Shown in pieces: positions 24,290-37,651 of a stretch of DNA of 64,000 bases. The notes below the pieces were generated by a model. It was not told where the DNA came from. It did no database searches and was given only the letters and a program-made list of their open reading frames with translations. The position numbers were made by a program, and so were the translations under genes. Source of the stretch: Felis catus (Eukaryota); contig NC_058373.1 in the NCBI RefSeq assembly GCF_018350175.1, positions 101,558,001 through 101,622,000 of the forward strand, in the 5' to 3' direction. Positions within the stretch are counted from its first letter, which is position 1; every line of letters starts with the position of its first letter.

Positions 24290-24730
24290 TGCACCTACAA
24301 AATACTGAATTGTACCTAGTCCCTGATTTCAAAGAATATTTCAGAGGAGACAGAGAATGAACTAAATAATTATAACATATGCTGTAGTTGCTATAATACA
24401 GACATACACAAGATACAAAGATGGCCCAAAGGTGGGGGTGATCCCCTCCATCTGGGCTGGAGTTGGGCTCTCAGAGGAGGCTTTACAGAAAAGATGCCTT
24501 TACAGTTGAGAATATGTTCACCAGATTTAGAAGTGTGGTGGGGGAAGGGCATGTGCAAAGAGCCACAGGAATGCAATGGAAAGGGGGTGAAGGGACTTTG
24601 TGAATGGCTGGAAGGAAGGTACAAGAAGCTGAGAGACACAAGGGAGCTGGGGAATGAGGGCAGAGGAACTCTGGAATGAGTCACGAGGTCTTGGGACACC
24701 TTCTAAGGAATTTGGATTTGATCCTATCAA
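24290..24730 (-). mobile_element. L2 fragment
   Basis: 'ggaggctttacagaaaagatg...catgtgcaaag...aaggaatttggatttgatcct'. Confidence 0.7.
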
Positions 24731-24816
24731 CCAGTGTTTTCAACCTGTTTTTAGTAGGGGGAACCATTTTACTATGAAATATTAAGTATGATCTCTACTT
24801 ACATAACAAACTTGTT

Positions 24817-25017
24817 GGGCACCTCAGTAGCTCAGTTGGTTGAGGGTTAACTCTTGATTTCGGCTCACATCATGATCCCAGGGGTCGTGAGATCAAGCAC
24901 TGTGTTGAGCTCTGCACTGAGCCTAGAGCCTGCTTGGGATCACTTTCTCTCTGCTCCTCCCCTGCTCACATGCATGCTTTCTCTCTCTCAAAATAAATAA
25001 ATAATTTAAAAAAAAAA
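24817..25017 (+). mobile_element. CAN-SINE (older, diverged)
   Basis: Head, CT-rich region and aataaa/poly-A tail; TSD unclear. Confidence 0.92.
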
Positions 25018-26386
25018 CAAATGAACTTCTTGTGTTGTTAGTTCATACTCCTTGTATTAAAAATAAAGTGACTGTGTTACATTTGATGAGCACATGAGTT
25101 CATGAACTGGTGGTGTCCTGAGTGTTAAAATTTGGTGCATAATATATTCGAGAAAGTTCATATCGCTTGTTCTCAAATGATTTTTTTTCTGAAATAATTT
25201 CAAACTTAGACTTGCATGCATAGTATAAAGCACACCTATATATACTTCTACTCAGATTCACCTATTGTTAACACTTTGCCCTGTTTGTTTTAACATTTAT
25301 TTTCTTGCTCTTGTTCTTTTAAAAAAATGTGTGTGTGTGTGTGTGTGTATGTGTGTGTATTTGTGTATGCTTGTTTTTCTGTACCATTTGAGAGTAAGGT
25401 ACATATATCATGGCTATTTACCCCTAAACCTCTCAATGTATATACTTAAAGTAGAAATATTCTTTCCTATAACCACAGTATACTTATCAGTTCCAGTACA
25501 TTGAACATTTATGTAAAACCTCACCCTTCCACCCTAATACCAATTTTGTCAATTATCCCCATACTGTCATTTAGCAGAAACCACCCCCCCACTTACAGGA
25601 CCCAGTGTCAGACCACATATTGTATTTAGTCATAATGTCTCTCTAGTCACCTTTAATCTGGACCATTTCCCCGGCCTTTGTCTTTCATAACATTGACATT
25701 TTTGAATAATAATCTCCTCCCCACTTTACACTTAATAAAATGTTGCTCATTTTGAGTTGTCTGATGTTCCCTATTAATTAGATTCAGATGTATTCCCTGG
25801 AGAGATGGCATATGAGTGATGCGTCCTATAGGTACACAGTCCTCTGTGTGAGGGACAGTACTTCTGTCCCTCATTTGTGATATCAATTCTGATCTCCAGT
25901 CAAAGTGTGTTTGATTTCTCCATTCTATGTATAGTTATTATTTTTTGCTTTGCTATTAATAAGCAATTTGAGGGGAGACACTTTAAGATCACACAAATTC
26001 CCTGTTCCTAATCAAAGTTTGTCTCATAGATTAAGCATCTATTGATGATTTTTACCTGAGGCAATTTTACTATGATGGGTGCAAAATGATGACTTTCCCA
26101 CATTAGCACCCTTCCACATTTACCCATAGGTATTGGCACTCCATTATAAGAAAGAGACCTCCCTTCTCCTCCACTCATTTCTTTATTCATCTCTGTATGA
26201 TCAGTATGGACTCATGGATTCCTTTCTTCTTTAGCGTTTTACAGTTCATTACTGTCTTTACTTTTAGTGTTCAAATTTTCTCTGATTTGACCACCGGGAA
26301 TCCCTTCAAACTGGCTCCTGTGTTCTAGTGATATATCTCATCGGCTGTTTGTTGTTGGTTTCTTTCTTCATACTTTCTCACTTTCT

Positions 26387-26610
26387 TTTTTTTTTTTTAA
26401 TTTTTTTTAATGTTTATTTTTTGAGAGACAGAGAGACACAGAGAGTGAGTGGGGAAGGGGCAGAGAAAGAGGGAGACACAGAATCTGAAGCAGGCTCCAG
26501 GCTCTGAGCAGTCAGCACCGAAGACGATGTGGGGCTTGAACTCATGAACCATGAGATCATGACCTGAGCTGAAGTCAGACGCTTAACCGACTGAGCCACC
26601 CAGGCACCCC
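26387..26610 (-). mobile_element. CAN-SINE
   Basis: Perfect 16-bp TSD tactttctcactttct at 26371-26386 and 26611-26626. Confidence 0.97.
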
Positions 26611-26867
26611 TACTTTCTCACTTTCTAACAAAACAAGATATCCAGGTTTATCTTGTACCTCTTATAGTTGCCCTGCTTCAGCCCTGGAATCATCCATTTC
26701 TCCATCATCCATTTCTCCAAGGAGCCCTAGTTCCTTTCATGGGGGAATGTCATTAGACAACAAGATCTGAACATTAAATGTGCTCACTGCTACTGAGGTA
26801 TCATTGCCTCTTGGCCTTTTTAGTGGACAAAGCTGGGAAATATACATAGAAATGTATCCATACACAA

Positions 26868-26868
<1 letters not shown>

Positions 26869-26909
<41 letters not shown>
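26869..26909. repeat. (AC)n microsatellite
   Basis: Directly visible. Confidence 0.97.
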
Positions 26910-26910
<1 letters not shown>

Positions 26911-28014
26911 CTAAATCTATGCCAGTGCCTCTAATTTCAATCCATTCCCACGGGGTTCTTTCTTGACTTCCCAATCCACATTTGTACCTCTTATTCCATA
27001 GTGACAACCCTCGCTCCCAACAACATGAACTAATTTACGCAACACTCAATCCTATAATACATCTAAAAGAGCTTCAAAAGGACTTCTCCCAAAAGCAAAC
27101 CTACAACAAACAGTTCAGGACTTTTTGTTCTTCTCCTCATCTCCAAAGCCTGCCCAAGACCATGTGTATATAGTCATACTGTGTTCATAAATTACTTCGA
27201 TCAGTTATTTGTCCCCTTCATAATGGTAATGTTATTCATATGAAATATAGCCGGGCTCATTTTCTTTTGTTTTCCTCCAGTTTCAGGATGTTTTCTTACC
27301 TCCCATCATTGCCGATTTTATTTCGTTGTTTGAATACGCAGAGAATGCTTTCAAAAGTCAAAATTATATGAAAAGCCATACTCAGAGAAATTTGCACTGT
27401 GTATTATTCCTGTTTCTAAATAAGTAGCATTTTCCTACTATGGTGACATAATCAAATGATGGAGGAGGAAAAAGAGAAGGATCATGCAATGGTCGGTCCA
27501 ATGGCAATAGGGAGCAGGGAGGAGGAGGATGTCACATAGTTAGGAGCTGGCTCTAGACCAAGCTCTGTCATCAACACGGGAGGGGAGGGGGGATAAGGGT
27601 GCAGAGAGAGTTGAGGACTAGTCTCAGTTTTCAGGCTAGAGGGCTGGGTGAGATGGAGGTACACCTCTGCAGAACACAGCTCACAGGGGAAGAAACTGGT
27701 TTGGACAGAAAGACAATGAATTCTGTTTTTGACATGTACTATATTCTGGCCCAGCCTACCTTCTGGAAAGCCAGAAGAAGCAGGAATGAATGGGAGGGGA
27801 AAAGGAAAATAACAGCAGCAGGAAATGTGGGAAGGGCCAATGAAAGCTACACAGCAGATGAACACTTGGAATTCTCCCTTAAACTGTCCTGAAATTGCCT
27901 CTTTATTGACTGGCCCATCACCATCACCACAAACACACCATCCCCTCCACTGCTCCCCAAAGCCTGTAGTCCTTCCTCCCCATTGGCTCCTAGGTAGGTC
28001 CTTTACAGGAACAC

Positions 28015-28215
28015 ATGGTTTAGTGGCTTTGGAATCACCTAGATCTCACCTCAAATTCTAGCTCTACCTTGTAAAGATCAGCTCATCTCTCTAAGCCTTG
28101 GGTAAGATGGAGAGACCAAACACATCAGCTACCTTGCACGTGCTATGAAGATCATGGGATACTATAAGGCAAGTGCCCAGCATGATGCCTGACACAGAGA
28201 AGGCATTTTATTTTA
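28015..28215 (+). mobile_element. MIR remnant
   Basis: 'ggctttggaatcacctag...aaattctagctctacc...gtgcccagcatgatgcctgacaca'. Confidence 0.6.
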
Positions 28216-28286
28216 TTTCGGTTAACGTCAGGGAATCGCGATTCAGTCTCCCTCACGCTCTTAATATAAGCTATACAATACCCTAC

Positions 28287-28460
28287 TGCCGTGACTCTCA
28301 ACCTTGGCCACACATGAAATCACCTGGGGAGCATTTAAAAAATACCAAGACTCAGGCCTCACCGCCCAGAGAGTCAGACTTAATCGGTCTGGGGTGGAAC
28401 TCAGCATCGGTGTTGTTTTAAAAAGCTCCAAGGTGATTGTAAGCAGAGTTCAGCACCGCT
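28287..28460. mobile_element. MER5A-like hAT-Charlie MITE
   Basis: 'ctctcaaccttggc...aatcacctggggagcatttaaaaaatac...ttaatcggtctggggtgg...aaaagctccaaggtgatt'. Confidence 0.8.
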
Positions 28461-29187
28461 GCTTTCTTCACACACTAAATCTGAAGAAGGGCTCTCCTAG
28501 GTTGTACTCCCTCTTGACCCTTCTGACAGCACTTCAGAGGAGAAATAGATTGCTTAAATTGTTCTCTTTTTATCCCAAACAGCCAAAGCATATAGCAATC
28601 TGTTATTCTCCAGGAACCTCTTTTCTGAGAAACATAAATACCACCTTCCCCACAGGAAGAAAGGAATGTTCCTCCCCACCCAAAAGAAACCTGCTCCTTT
28701 CTCACCCACCGAGGCGGGCTAGAAAGCAAAACACAACTGGAGCTTGGTCAGCGCAACTCAGCCCAGAGGAGAGGAGCCAGTAGGAGCACGTGTTTCTGTG
28801 GGCACAATCCAAGTGGTCCCAACCAGCCTAGAGACCAAAGGCTGGGGGGCTCCCAGGGGGCTTTGCTGTTTCCACTCGTTGGACAGATCGTATTTAATGG
28901 GTGTTGGCACTCTCTCACAAGTACACGAACCGCTGCTCTGCACCCATGTCACCCACATCCACCAAACCTGTGCGTGCATGTGCTGAAAGTCAATTCCTCA
29001 ATTGATTTGGGCTTACTGTTAAAACTCTGATCTGCTGAGGAAGGGGAATAAGTAATCATAGGCAAAGGCACGATACTAATGAATGGCTGAAGTCCATGGA
29101 GATAGGGTGGATGAATAACTTAGAGGAGCCAGGTTTCAGCCATTGCCTACTACCAGTTACTTCCTTCAAAGAAGGAAATACAAATTA

Positions 29188-29428
29188 CAGTAAAACCTTG
29201 GATTGCAAGTAATCTGTTCTGTAAGTGTTCTGTATGATGAGCAAACATTTCTGGTAAATTTTAACTTGATAAATGAGCGATGTCTTGCAATATGAGTAGT
29301 ACATGATGCGAAATGTCACATGATCACAACTGAGCCAACAGTTCTTGAAATTCGTTTTGATATACAAGTGCTTTAGATTACAGGCTTGTTTCCAGAACAA
29401 ATTACACTCTCAAACCAAGGTTTTACTG
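29188..29428. mobile_element. Tc1/mariner-superfamily (Tigger/pogo-like) non-autonomous MITE, 241 bp
   Basis: Exact 14-bp TIR cagtaaaaccttgg / ccaaggttttactg (17/18 when extended), flanked by TA at 29186-29187 and 29429-29430. Confidence 0.9.
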
Positions 29429-29754
29429 TATTCTGAAAATAGGAAGTAGCTTTATGGTCAATTTATTTTTTATTTTGCAAAACTTTATCTAATCTGTTTC
29501 ATTTCCATTATTTACTAATTTAGGAATGTTTTATAAGGGGAGGATATACCTTCCCTGGGGCCTTGAATCCCAAAACTCCAACTAGTAAGAAGGCTTGCTG
29601 CCTTGGTCACCCAACTGCCCTCAGAAACCTGGAAGCCTGCAGATCTTTAAAATGGGCTGATGCATCTCAAAAGGTGTTGGACAGAGCACCTAAAAGGACA
29701 GTGCTTGGAATGTAGGTACCATTCCTCTATTTAGTTGTGAACTCTATGTTTTTA

Positions 29755-29818
29755 TTTTTTTATTTTTTTGTAAGTTTATTTATTTCAAGAGAGTACACAC
29801 AAAAGCAGGAGAGAGGGC

Positions 29819-29853
<35 letters not shown>

Positions 29854-29981
29854 ATCCCAAGCAGGCTGCACACTGCCAGCAGAGAGGCTGACATGTGGCT
29901 CTAACCCATGGACTATGAGATCAGGACCTGAGCCCAAATCAAGAGTCAGACATTCAACCGACTGAGCCACCCAGATGCCCC
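29755..29981 (-). mobile_element. CAN-SINE
   Basis: Full structure; degenerate TSD tgaactctatgttttta / tgagctatatgttttta. Confidence 0.95.
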
Positions 29982-32053
29982 ATGAGCTATATGTTTTTAA
30001 AACATTGATGGGATCTTAAATCTGGGCAGCCCAGGCTCAGAATATCTGGTCATTCATGATATGCCAGGCAGCCCAGTCCAAATGTATTTCCACAAAAAGG
30101 GACGCCTGATGGCCGGATGCCTAGCACAGATGGAGCCTTGGGACACCCACCAAATCTGAGCCATGACTGCTACACCTGCACAGCCTCCCACAACCATGGA
30201 CCCGGAGTCCTGGATGATCCAAAAGTGGTTAGAGCAAGTCTGTCACCTCAACCCCTCCCACCAAGCCTCACCTCTTTATCTGAACCCCACTTGGAGTGGT
30301 AAGAATCTGAAATCTTTGGCCAAAGAACAATCTCTTTTATTCCCATCAGGTGTCAGAAAGACCCCAGGGCACTAGATGGAGGATGAGAGAGCAAGAAATA
30401 AATACATGTAAAGGAAAATAGGAGACCAAGGGTTTGGTCTTCAACATGAACAAGAAATTAAAACCCTTCTGCAAATCTACTCTTATTTACCACTGGTCTA
30501 TAATGTGCAGAGGGACACTGTGTATGACTTGGTTTAAGCTATAAGTCTGGGGCTTGGGCTGCCCAGGCTCAAGAAAGCATTCTACTCAAGAATGCACAGA
30601 CCTGCAGTAGTTGGCGAGAGTTCTCTTCAGGAAACCTATATTCCAGAGGCAGCTACTACAAACGTCTCTTATTCAACTCAAGGCTCACAAGTTTAACATA
30701 CTCAATGTCAGAAATGGGTTGTTGTTTTTAAAGAAAAGTAGTGGTCTGTTTACTAGGATCATGATGGATAGAAATAGGTTTTCATTGGTGAAATTAGAAT
30801 TATTCAGTATGCATGTATTGATGACAAATATGTTATAGACCCTCCCCACCCTTGCATGAACTAGGTATAAGATTCCAGGTCTAGCCCATACCCAATGAGA
30901 AAAGATTACCCAGGAATGTGAATACCAGGAAGTAAGCATCATTCAAAGTCTGGCTGCCTTCTGTTATCCTGAAGGGTTCCAGATTCCAGATGCCAGTTAT
31001 GAGGGTAAAGAAATCCTGCCTCTTTTTTGAAACTGAATCCTGCCAATTGCCTCAAGTAACCTTACATGTAAGATAGTGGGCAGAACACCCTCCATAGAAC
31101 TCAATACCGAGCTCTTTGGTCAGCTCCCCTTTCTCCAGAATGTTCCTTCCTTCTCTTCCAATATAAATGAACAAAGCCTGTGTCCTGAATCCCAGTATCA
31201 AGTATATTTGGCAAGTGCATTTGACCTGAGGTATTCGTGTTAATGAGGCTTACAACGTTATCCTTCACAGGAAACACTTTTGGATTTTAACTGAAGCCTC
31301 TGGGAGTAGCACCTCCCTAGAAAGCTGTTTGGAAGATACTATGGAACACAGACATTCATGCTAAAAGGGACCTTTGAGATCAGAAAGTCCAATATCCTTG
31401 CCCTACAGCAGAGAAAAAAACAAAGGGCCAAGGGGGGACACATGACCGCAGACCTTCCCCTGTTCACATGACCAGAAACGAAGGGATCTTTACAATCAGT
31501 CAATCTTGCTCTCTTATTCTCTCTCTCAAATGAATGAAAGGGAAGGCTTTTTGTCACCCCCAAAATGGATCTAGGGGTGGCAGTGTTAGAAGCAGAAAGA
31601 GAAGGATTAGTGGTAGCAAACCCAGGGCTTAATGCTAACTGTATGTTTGTTGGCTTGTCTCTCAACACCCTCAGTCTTTTGGTATATTCTGGTGTTTCCA
31701 AAGCTTATACTACCCAGCTCTCTTTACTCTTCTCCCCAGCTGCTGCATCTGCCTCTTCTATTATTTGGTTGCCCTAGCCCTTGGCAGAGGGAGAGGCCAC
31801 CATGGTTACCTATTGATGGCTTTTCCCCAAGGATAATGTCTGGGGCCAAGAGAGACCTGAGAGCTTGGGTGTCCAGTCCCCTTTGATGGGCTCCACCAGA
31901 CCCTGTGAACCAGACCACCCTTGGAAGACAGGCTTCAACCTTTGACTTCATCTCTATGCAAGTGCCATCATTATTTGACATTTGGCAACACAAAGATACT
32001 CATGTTACACAAGCTGGTTAAGCAACTTCATCAATAGAAAGAAGCAAACCTCT

Positions 32054-32270
32054 GGGGCACCGGGGTGGCTCAGTTGGTTAAGCATCTGACTTCAGCTCAG
32101 GTCATGATCTCACGGTTCATGGGTTTGAGCCCTGAGTCAGGCTCTTTACTGACAGCTCAGAGCCTGGAGCCTGCTTCAGATTCTGTGCCTCCCTCTCTCT
32201 GCCCTCCCTCCCTTGCTCACATGCTCTCTCTCTCCCACAAAAATAAACATTAAAAAATTAAAAAAAAAAA
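32054..32270 (+). mobile_element. CAN-SINE
   Basis: Full structure; degenerate TSD aagcaaacctct / aagtaaatctct. Confidence 0.95.
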
Positions 32271-32683
32271 AAGTAAATCTCTGAAAGACCGCTAGTATAA
32301 TGTTAGCTCACCACCATTCCACATGATGTAAAGAACCCAGTTTGCACTCTGAAAACAAGACTTCCTGGTCTGTCCCACCAGAGACAACAGAAGGGCAGCT
32401 ATCTTTAAAGACAAAGGAATGATGTCTTTGGAAACCCGGTTTCAAAAGGCACACAATTCTTGATATTGTGCTGTTTGTTGGGTTTAAGTTGCTAGTATAT
32501 TTGTTTGAGCCTTTGAAAAGGAAGCAAAAACCAGGCTTTATGGACAGGATTGGGTCTATGTGTGTGAATGCATATTTGCATGTTTACCACCCACAATCTT
32601 CTAGTGGAAAATGACTTCAACAAGACTTTTCTGTGGTTTAAACCAGTTCTCAAAACCTGATACCTTTGGCTTCCTAAAAAGTT

Positions 32684-32697
32684 TGACTAGAGGGCGC
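32684..32697 (+). promoter_or_regulatory. Possible CTCF-like motif
   Basis: tgACTAGAGGGCGC matches 12/14 of CCASYAGRKGGCRS but lacks the leading CC; motif only. Confidence 0.2.
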
Positions 32698-33477
32698 ACT
32701 GGACTGAAAGAGATTCTACCTGGGCTGGAGTTAGGGTGACCTGGGTGGCTGCTACCTCCGATGTGTCCTTGTTTGCAAATCTGTGTTCATGCCCCACCAC
32801 ACTTCTGGGAAGATGTTTGGCAGACCTGAGAGTCAGCCCGTGTGTACCAGTTCGTGGTACCTTTTAATTTCCCTTCTTGTACCCCAACAAGATGAGGCAT
32901 TTCCTGCCTTGCCACAAGCCATGCCCCAAGGTCAAATATCTCCCACTCACATTTTACTCATCAAAGACCAAGAGAAAATGATCGGGTAGCATTATATGAC
33001 ATCAAAGATCCAGCTGAACTGGGCCTAATGAAGGGCTCCGGGTGCTATGGAACAGAGGAAAGCTTCTTACAGGGAGGTCACCCTAAGCGTGGGCTGCTCC
33101 CCGCTGCCACAGAAGAGTACCATGCATTTGCACATGCCAATTTAAGCCAGATGGCACACAGGAGGTGTGAGGTTCCCTTCCTAAATGTCTGACACAGTGG
33201 TTTGGATAATGAAAATCTCTGATAATGGAAATTTCCTCAAGTGCTCTTACTTAATTCCCTGGCACTGTTACTTAATAGCTTACCTGTCCCACAGAAAAGC
33301 TATGACCCATTCTTCATTTATTCAACAAATATTTTTGAGTGCCTACTCTGTGCCAGACGTAAGAAAACATTGAGTATTACCTTATTATTTTACTGGTAGA
33401 AAAATCACAATGCAGATTTCCAGTCCAGGCAGCAATCTATGATGCCAATGGTGCACAGATAATAACACATTCTTCTT

Positions 33478-33930
33478 TTTCATAACCTTTTCACTAAAAC
33501 TCAGTGTACAGACACTGAGGCACAAATTTTATAAGTATGCAGCTGGATGAATTTTCACAAACTCAACACTCTCACACAACCAACACTCAAATCCAGAAAC
33601 AGCACATCATCATAGTACCTCAGAAACTGACTTTACATGTCCTTCCAGTCAGTGGCCCTCCACCAAAGGTAGTCACTGTCCTGACTTCTTTTTTTTTTTT
33701 TTTTATGTTTACTTATTTTGAGAGAGAGAGAGAGAGAGCACAATCAGGGGAGGGAGAGAGAGAAAGAGAGAGAGAATCCTAAGCAGGCTCCATCTTACTG
33801 TTGATGAACATTTGAGTAGTGTCCAGTTGGGGGCTGTCATATAAAATGCTACTATGGACATTCTTTTACATGTCTTCTGGTGAACACGTAGATGCATTTC
33901 TCTTGGCCATATACCCAAGAGGAGTGATAT
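33478..33930 (-). mobile_element. Old L1M 3' fragment with internal deletion and partial SINE
   Basis: 'gatgaattttcacaaactcaacac...atccagaaacagcacat' and 'tactgttgatgaacatttgag...aatgctactatggacattcttttaca'. Confidence 0.8.
33690..33792 (-). mobile_element. CAN-SINE 3' half only
   Basis: Poly-T, (GA)n, 'gagaatcctaagcaggctcca', then an abrupt switch to L1 sequence; no TSD. Confidence 0.9.
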
Positions 33931-33967
33931 GTTCTCTTAAATAATAAAGATCTAAAAAGGCTTTGAT

Positions 33968-34170
33968 GGGGGCGCCTGGGTGGCTCAGTTGGTTAAGCAT
34001 CTTGATTTCTGTACAGGTCATGATCTCAGTATTCTTGGGCTCAAGGCTTGCATCACGCTCTGCGCTGATGGCAAGGAGCCTGCTTGGTGTTCTCTCTCTC
34101 TCTCTGTTGCTTCCCTTCTCTCTCTCTCTCTCAAAAATAAATACATAAACTTAAAAAAATTATAAAATAC
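33968..34170 (+). mobile_element. CAN-SINE
   Basis: Full structure; TSD core aaggctttga at 33957-33966 and 34171-34180. Confidence 0.95.
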
Positions 34171-35199
34171 AAGGCTTTGAGAAGTACATTATAAATCTGA
34201 TTTTTGTTGCTGGTGGTACATATGGATCTACCTTGACCCAACCAATTTCTTCTCATATCTTCCTTTCCAATTTTGTGTCATGATCTGGTTCTGGTACCTG
34301 GAGCAAGTTTGGGTGGTAACTTCTGTCCTGTCAGGGAAATTCACTCAAGACTCAGGCCATGACCTACAGAACAAAGCAGTGGAGCATTGACTGAATGCTC
34401 ATACACAGTTAAATAAATAGAAAGAGTTCTGTGGAGAAAAAAATAAAAATAAAAAGACTCAGGCCATAGCCAAGGTTACTGAGCTGGTCAGCAGCAGGCA
34501 GCCTGGGAAGTAACCACAATATGCCCTGGGGCAAAGATGACAGGTTTGCAGAGAAAACCAAGAAGCCATTCTTTGGGGGCTTCCGAAATCACTGCCACTA
34601 CACTCCAGTCTCTATCTCCAGGGCTCACTGTTCCCTCTGATTTCAGACCCTCTTTGTGCCAACTCTGAATCTCTGATTTTCTCTGGAAAGACTGTGAGTG
34701 CTTTGTCATGAGCGTCAGAGACCAACCACAGGCATCCTAAGCATACCACTGTTGCTCAGATGGCAGGATTCACCTGATGCCAATGGGCCCAACACTGACT
34801 TGGCACATTCCAGAGGGTGAGGGAAACTTGGTCACTCTGCCAGTTCTCAGGCGGACTCCCCACACATCCCACCCCCGGCAACACCCAGTAAGGTTGAGGG
34901 CCTCCTGTGTAGAACTGGACAGATCTTCCAAAATGGTAGGCTCTGGACAGACTTTTCCATTTGTATTGACTTGCTGAATAGTCACACCTATTCCCTCCGT
35001 CTCAGTGTGGTGGGTACAATTCCATATTACAGGTGAGAGGATTGGAGGTTGCTGGAGGTTATACACTTGCCTACTGTCATAAAGCTAACACACAGGAGAG
35101 CAAGAATATCAACCAAGATCCAAATCTCAGTGCTTTCTGATACAACTGGAGTCTCAAACATTTTAGTATTAGCCTAAATAAAAGATAGTCAGAAAATCA

Positions 35200-35490
35200 G
35201 CAAGGGTAGCTAACGGAAAGAACATGGAAGCAAAAAATTGGGAGATCCAGGTTTAACCTTCCATTCCAGTTCACCACCACTAATTGGGTGACCCAGGAGA
35301 AGTCACTTAAACTGTCAGAGTAATAGTGTCTTTAACTGAAAATGAAAGAGTTGTATATTGCCCACAGACCATTCTTCCATGAGGGCAGGGACTATGTCTT
35401 TTTCTCCTAACTGTAGCATTCCTAGCACCTACCATAGTGTCTGGTCCATAATAGATACCTAATAAGTATTGGATAAATGAATAAATGCAT
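35200..35490 (+). mobile_element. Adjacent MIR (~35200-35355) and L2 3' end (~35360-35490) remnants
   Basis: 'gggtgacccaggagaagtcacttaa' and 'ccatgagggcagggactatgtc...cctagcaccta...aataagtattggataaatgaataaatg'. Confidence 0.7.
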
Positions 35491-37651
35491 GGGACTACAT
35501 ATCAGAACCTCTTGCAGGGTTTTTCACATGTACACGCCAATGTCTCACCCCATAAGCCCTGGTGCATGAAGCCCAATCATATAAATTTTAAAAAGAAAAA
35601 TAAAACCTCTCTGGGCAGTTCTGATTCAGATCCATAGTATGAAGTCACTTTACAGCTCTAAAATTCTATTATTCTATTAAATCAGCTGTATAAACGATCC
35701 ATTACTAAGTTCAACATAAATTTATTTACTCAGTTTTATATAGTTCCTTCTTCATTAGGAAAAATAGGCAATATGTGCTCTAGATTCCTTAATATCACTG
35801 AGAAATTGGTCTCATTTCTTTCCTTGTCTTCAACTAATGTGTCCCCATTTTTCCTTTCACTGCTATATCCGTCTCCCAGTTGCTTTTAAGAGTCTATTCT
35901 TTTCCTTGAATTACACCAGTTGGATTAAGACCATAATATCTATAAAAATAAAATACCCAAATAAATTAGAAACAAAATAACTTCTTATTTTGATAAAATT
36001 CCTATGTGCTGGTCCACAAGTATTTCCCCCTTTTCCTCTGGTCTTGAGTTTTCAGTTAGAAAGAGTCACTGCAAAATTTGTCTTTATTCAGCACTTGGTA
36101 AGTATTTCACATTAAAAAGAGGGAAAAGGAAGAAAAACTAAATCAAATCAACCTTGCAAATAAGTCAAATGACCTGGTAGCCAGTATTGCTAACCTGTTT
36201 TTGTCTCAGCTGGGAAAAAGCTAGCTAATACTGGTTTTCTTCAGCGTTTTCCCAATTGAGGCATTACCCCCATCCAAGTAGTATTTGTCAGGCTGCAAGG
36301 AAGCCATCCTTACATTAAATATTGACTTATTTAAGCATCTGCTGAAGGTTTTTCCAGAGCTGGAGCTTAAGACTCTTCCCTCTTCTGCTTACCTGAGAAA
36401 CACCGACCACCCCTATTACAACAGGGGTCGGCAATCCTACAGCCTTGCTCTCTGTCTTCTACACACCCATGTTCACTTAACCTAATCCAGAAGCCAAGGC
36501 CAAGAGCAAGCTACTCAATTTTCTCGCTTGCCCCCTCGAGTCCCTGGGTCCTCTGTGGCTTTTCCACTTGGGCGTTATTAGAAAAGAGAAGAGGGCAAGA
36601 GAGAGAGTGTTTGCTGGCTCCTTTGCCAACCAGGCCCTTCCTTCCAAGGCCACATGGCTCCAGTTTCTTTGTTTCCTCTTATGTTTAATTTTCTTTGGCC
36701 CAGACTTTCCTCATTGGTTTTCTTTTCGCATTTTATCACCATAAATTAATTAAAATGTTTCTGGCGCTGAGTTCACATCTGATCATCTTGGCAGGATCCC
36801 CTTACACAGATGGCGAGGAGATAAAGAGCGATCCAAGCATCCAAGAACAAGAACGGCCCACATAGGGAGCTGGGCAGAGAGACTGCAAGAGGAGAGGAGA
36901 GGCCAATGAAAAACAAATAGCCACCAGGCTGAACTGAAAAGTTGGGTTGGAGAGTGAGGGACACAGGGAAGTAGGGGGTGATTTCTGGGGAGTCTTTGTA
37001 TTCTTCCACCCCTTCCCCAAACCTCCCAGAAGACATCTTGTTACCAATTAGTGGAAGAACCAGAAGCGATTGTTCTCCCTCTCCCTCCTCTCCCTCCTCT
37101 CCACCCTGCAGGTTTCGGTGGCCGGGATGGGCTTCACAGGTGCTGGGAGATGGGGGCCATGTCAGAAGAAAAAGGTGGCTGGAGTGGATGGGAAGAAGCA
37201 AAGATTAATCTTGACTGAGAACCTAGTATGGGTCAGACACTCTGCTACACCCTGGGAACATAAGAAAGAACAAGACATACGTGTTCCTTCTCCTCGTGGT
37301 ATGACACGAGGGAAGACAAACATTCAATACCAAATGGTGGAGGGGAAAGAAAGGTACCCTAGACTCAGAACTTGAAATATGTTTTTGGCATTGATCAGAA
37401 GTGCATTGCAGGGACAGACATGAAGCCAATGACCTAGAGACCAGGCCCAGCACTCCCAGTGGCCACATTGAAATTACTCCAGAGGGGCCTGAGCACCTTG
37501 CCGAGGAAGCTCTTGGGCTCATGACACTCAGGTGGGAAAGAGAAAACCTTGCAATACTCAGCAAGGGAAGGGACGCAGACCTATGGCCATCCATAAACTT
37601 CCAGAAGGCTATTTGAAAGGAGAGTGAAAACCCTATCGATACTTTAACCTT

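Larger units (their letters stand above)
25185..27400 (-). mobile_element. L1MC-type 3' UTR fragment containing a SINE and (TG)/(CA) microsatellites
   Basis: 'gaaataattttcaaactta...cagattcacctattgttaaca' and 'gccctggaatcatccatttctccaaggagccctagttcc' resemble L1MC4/5. Confidence 0.8.
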
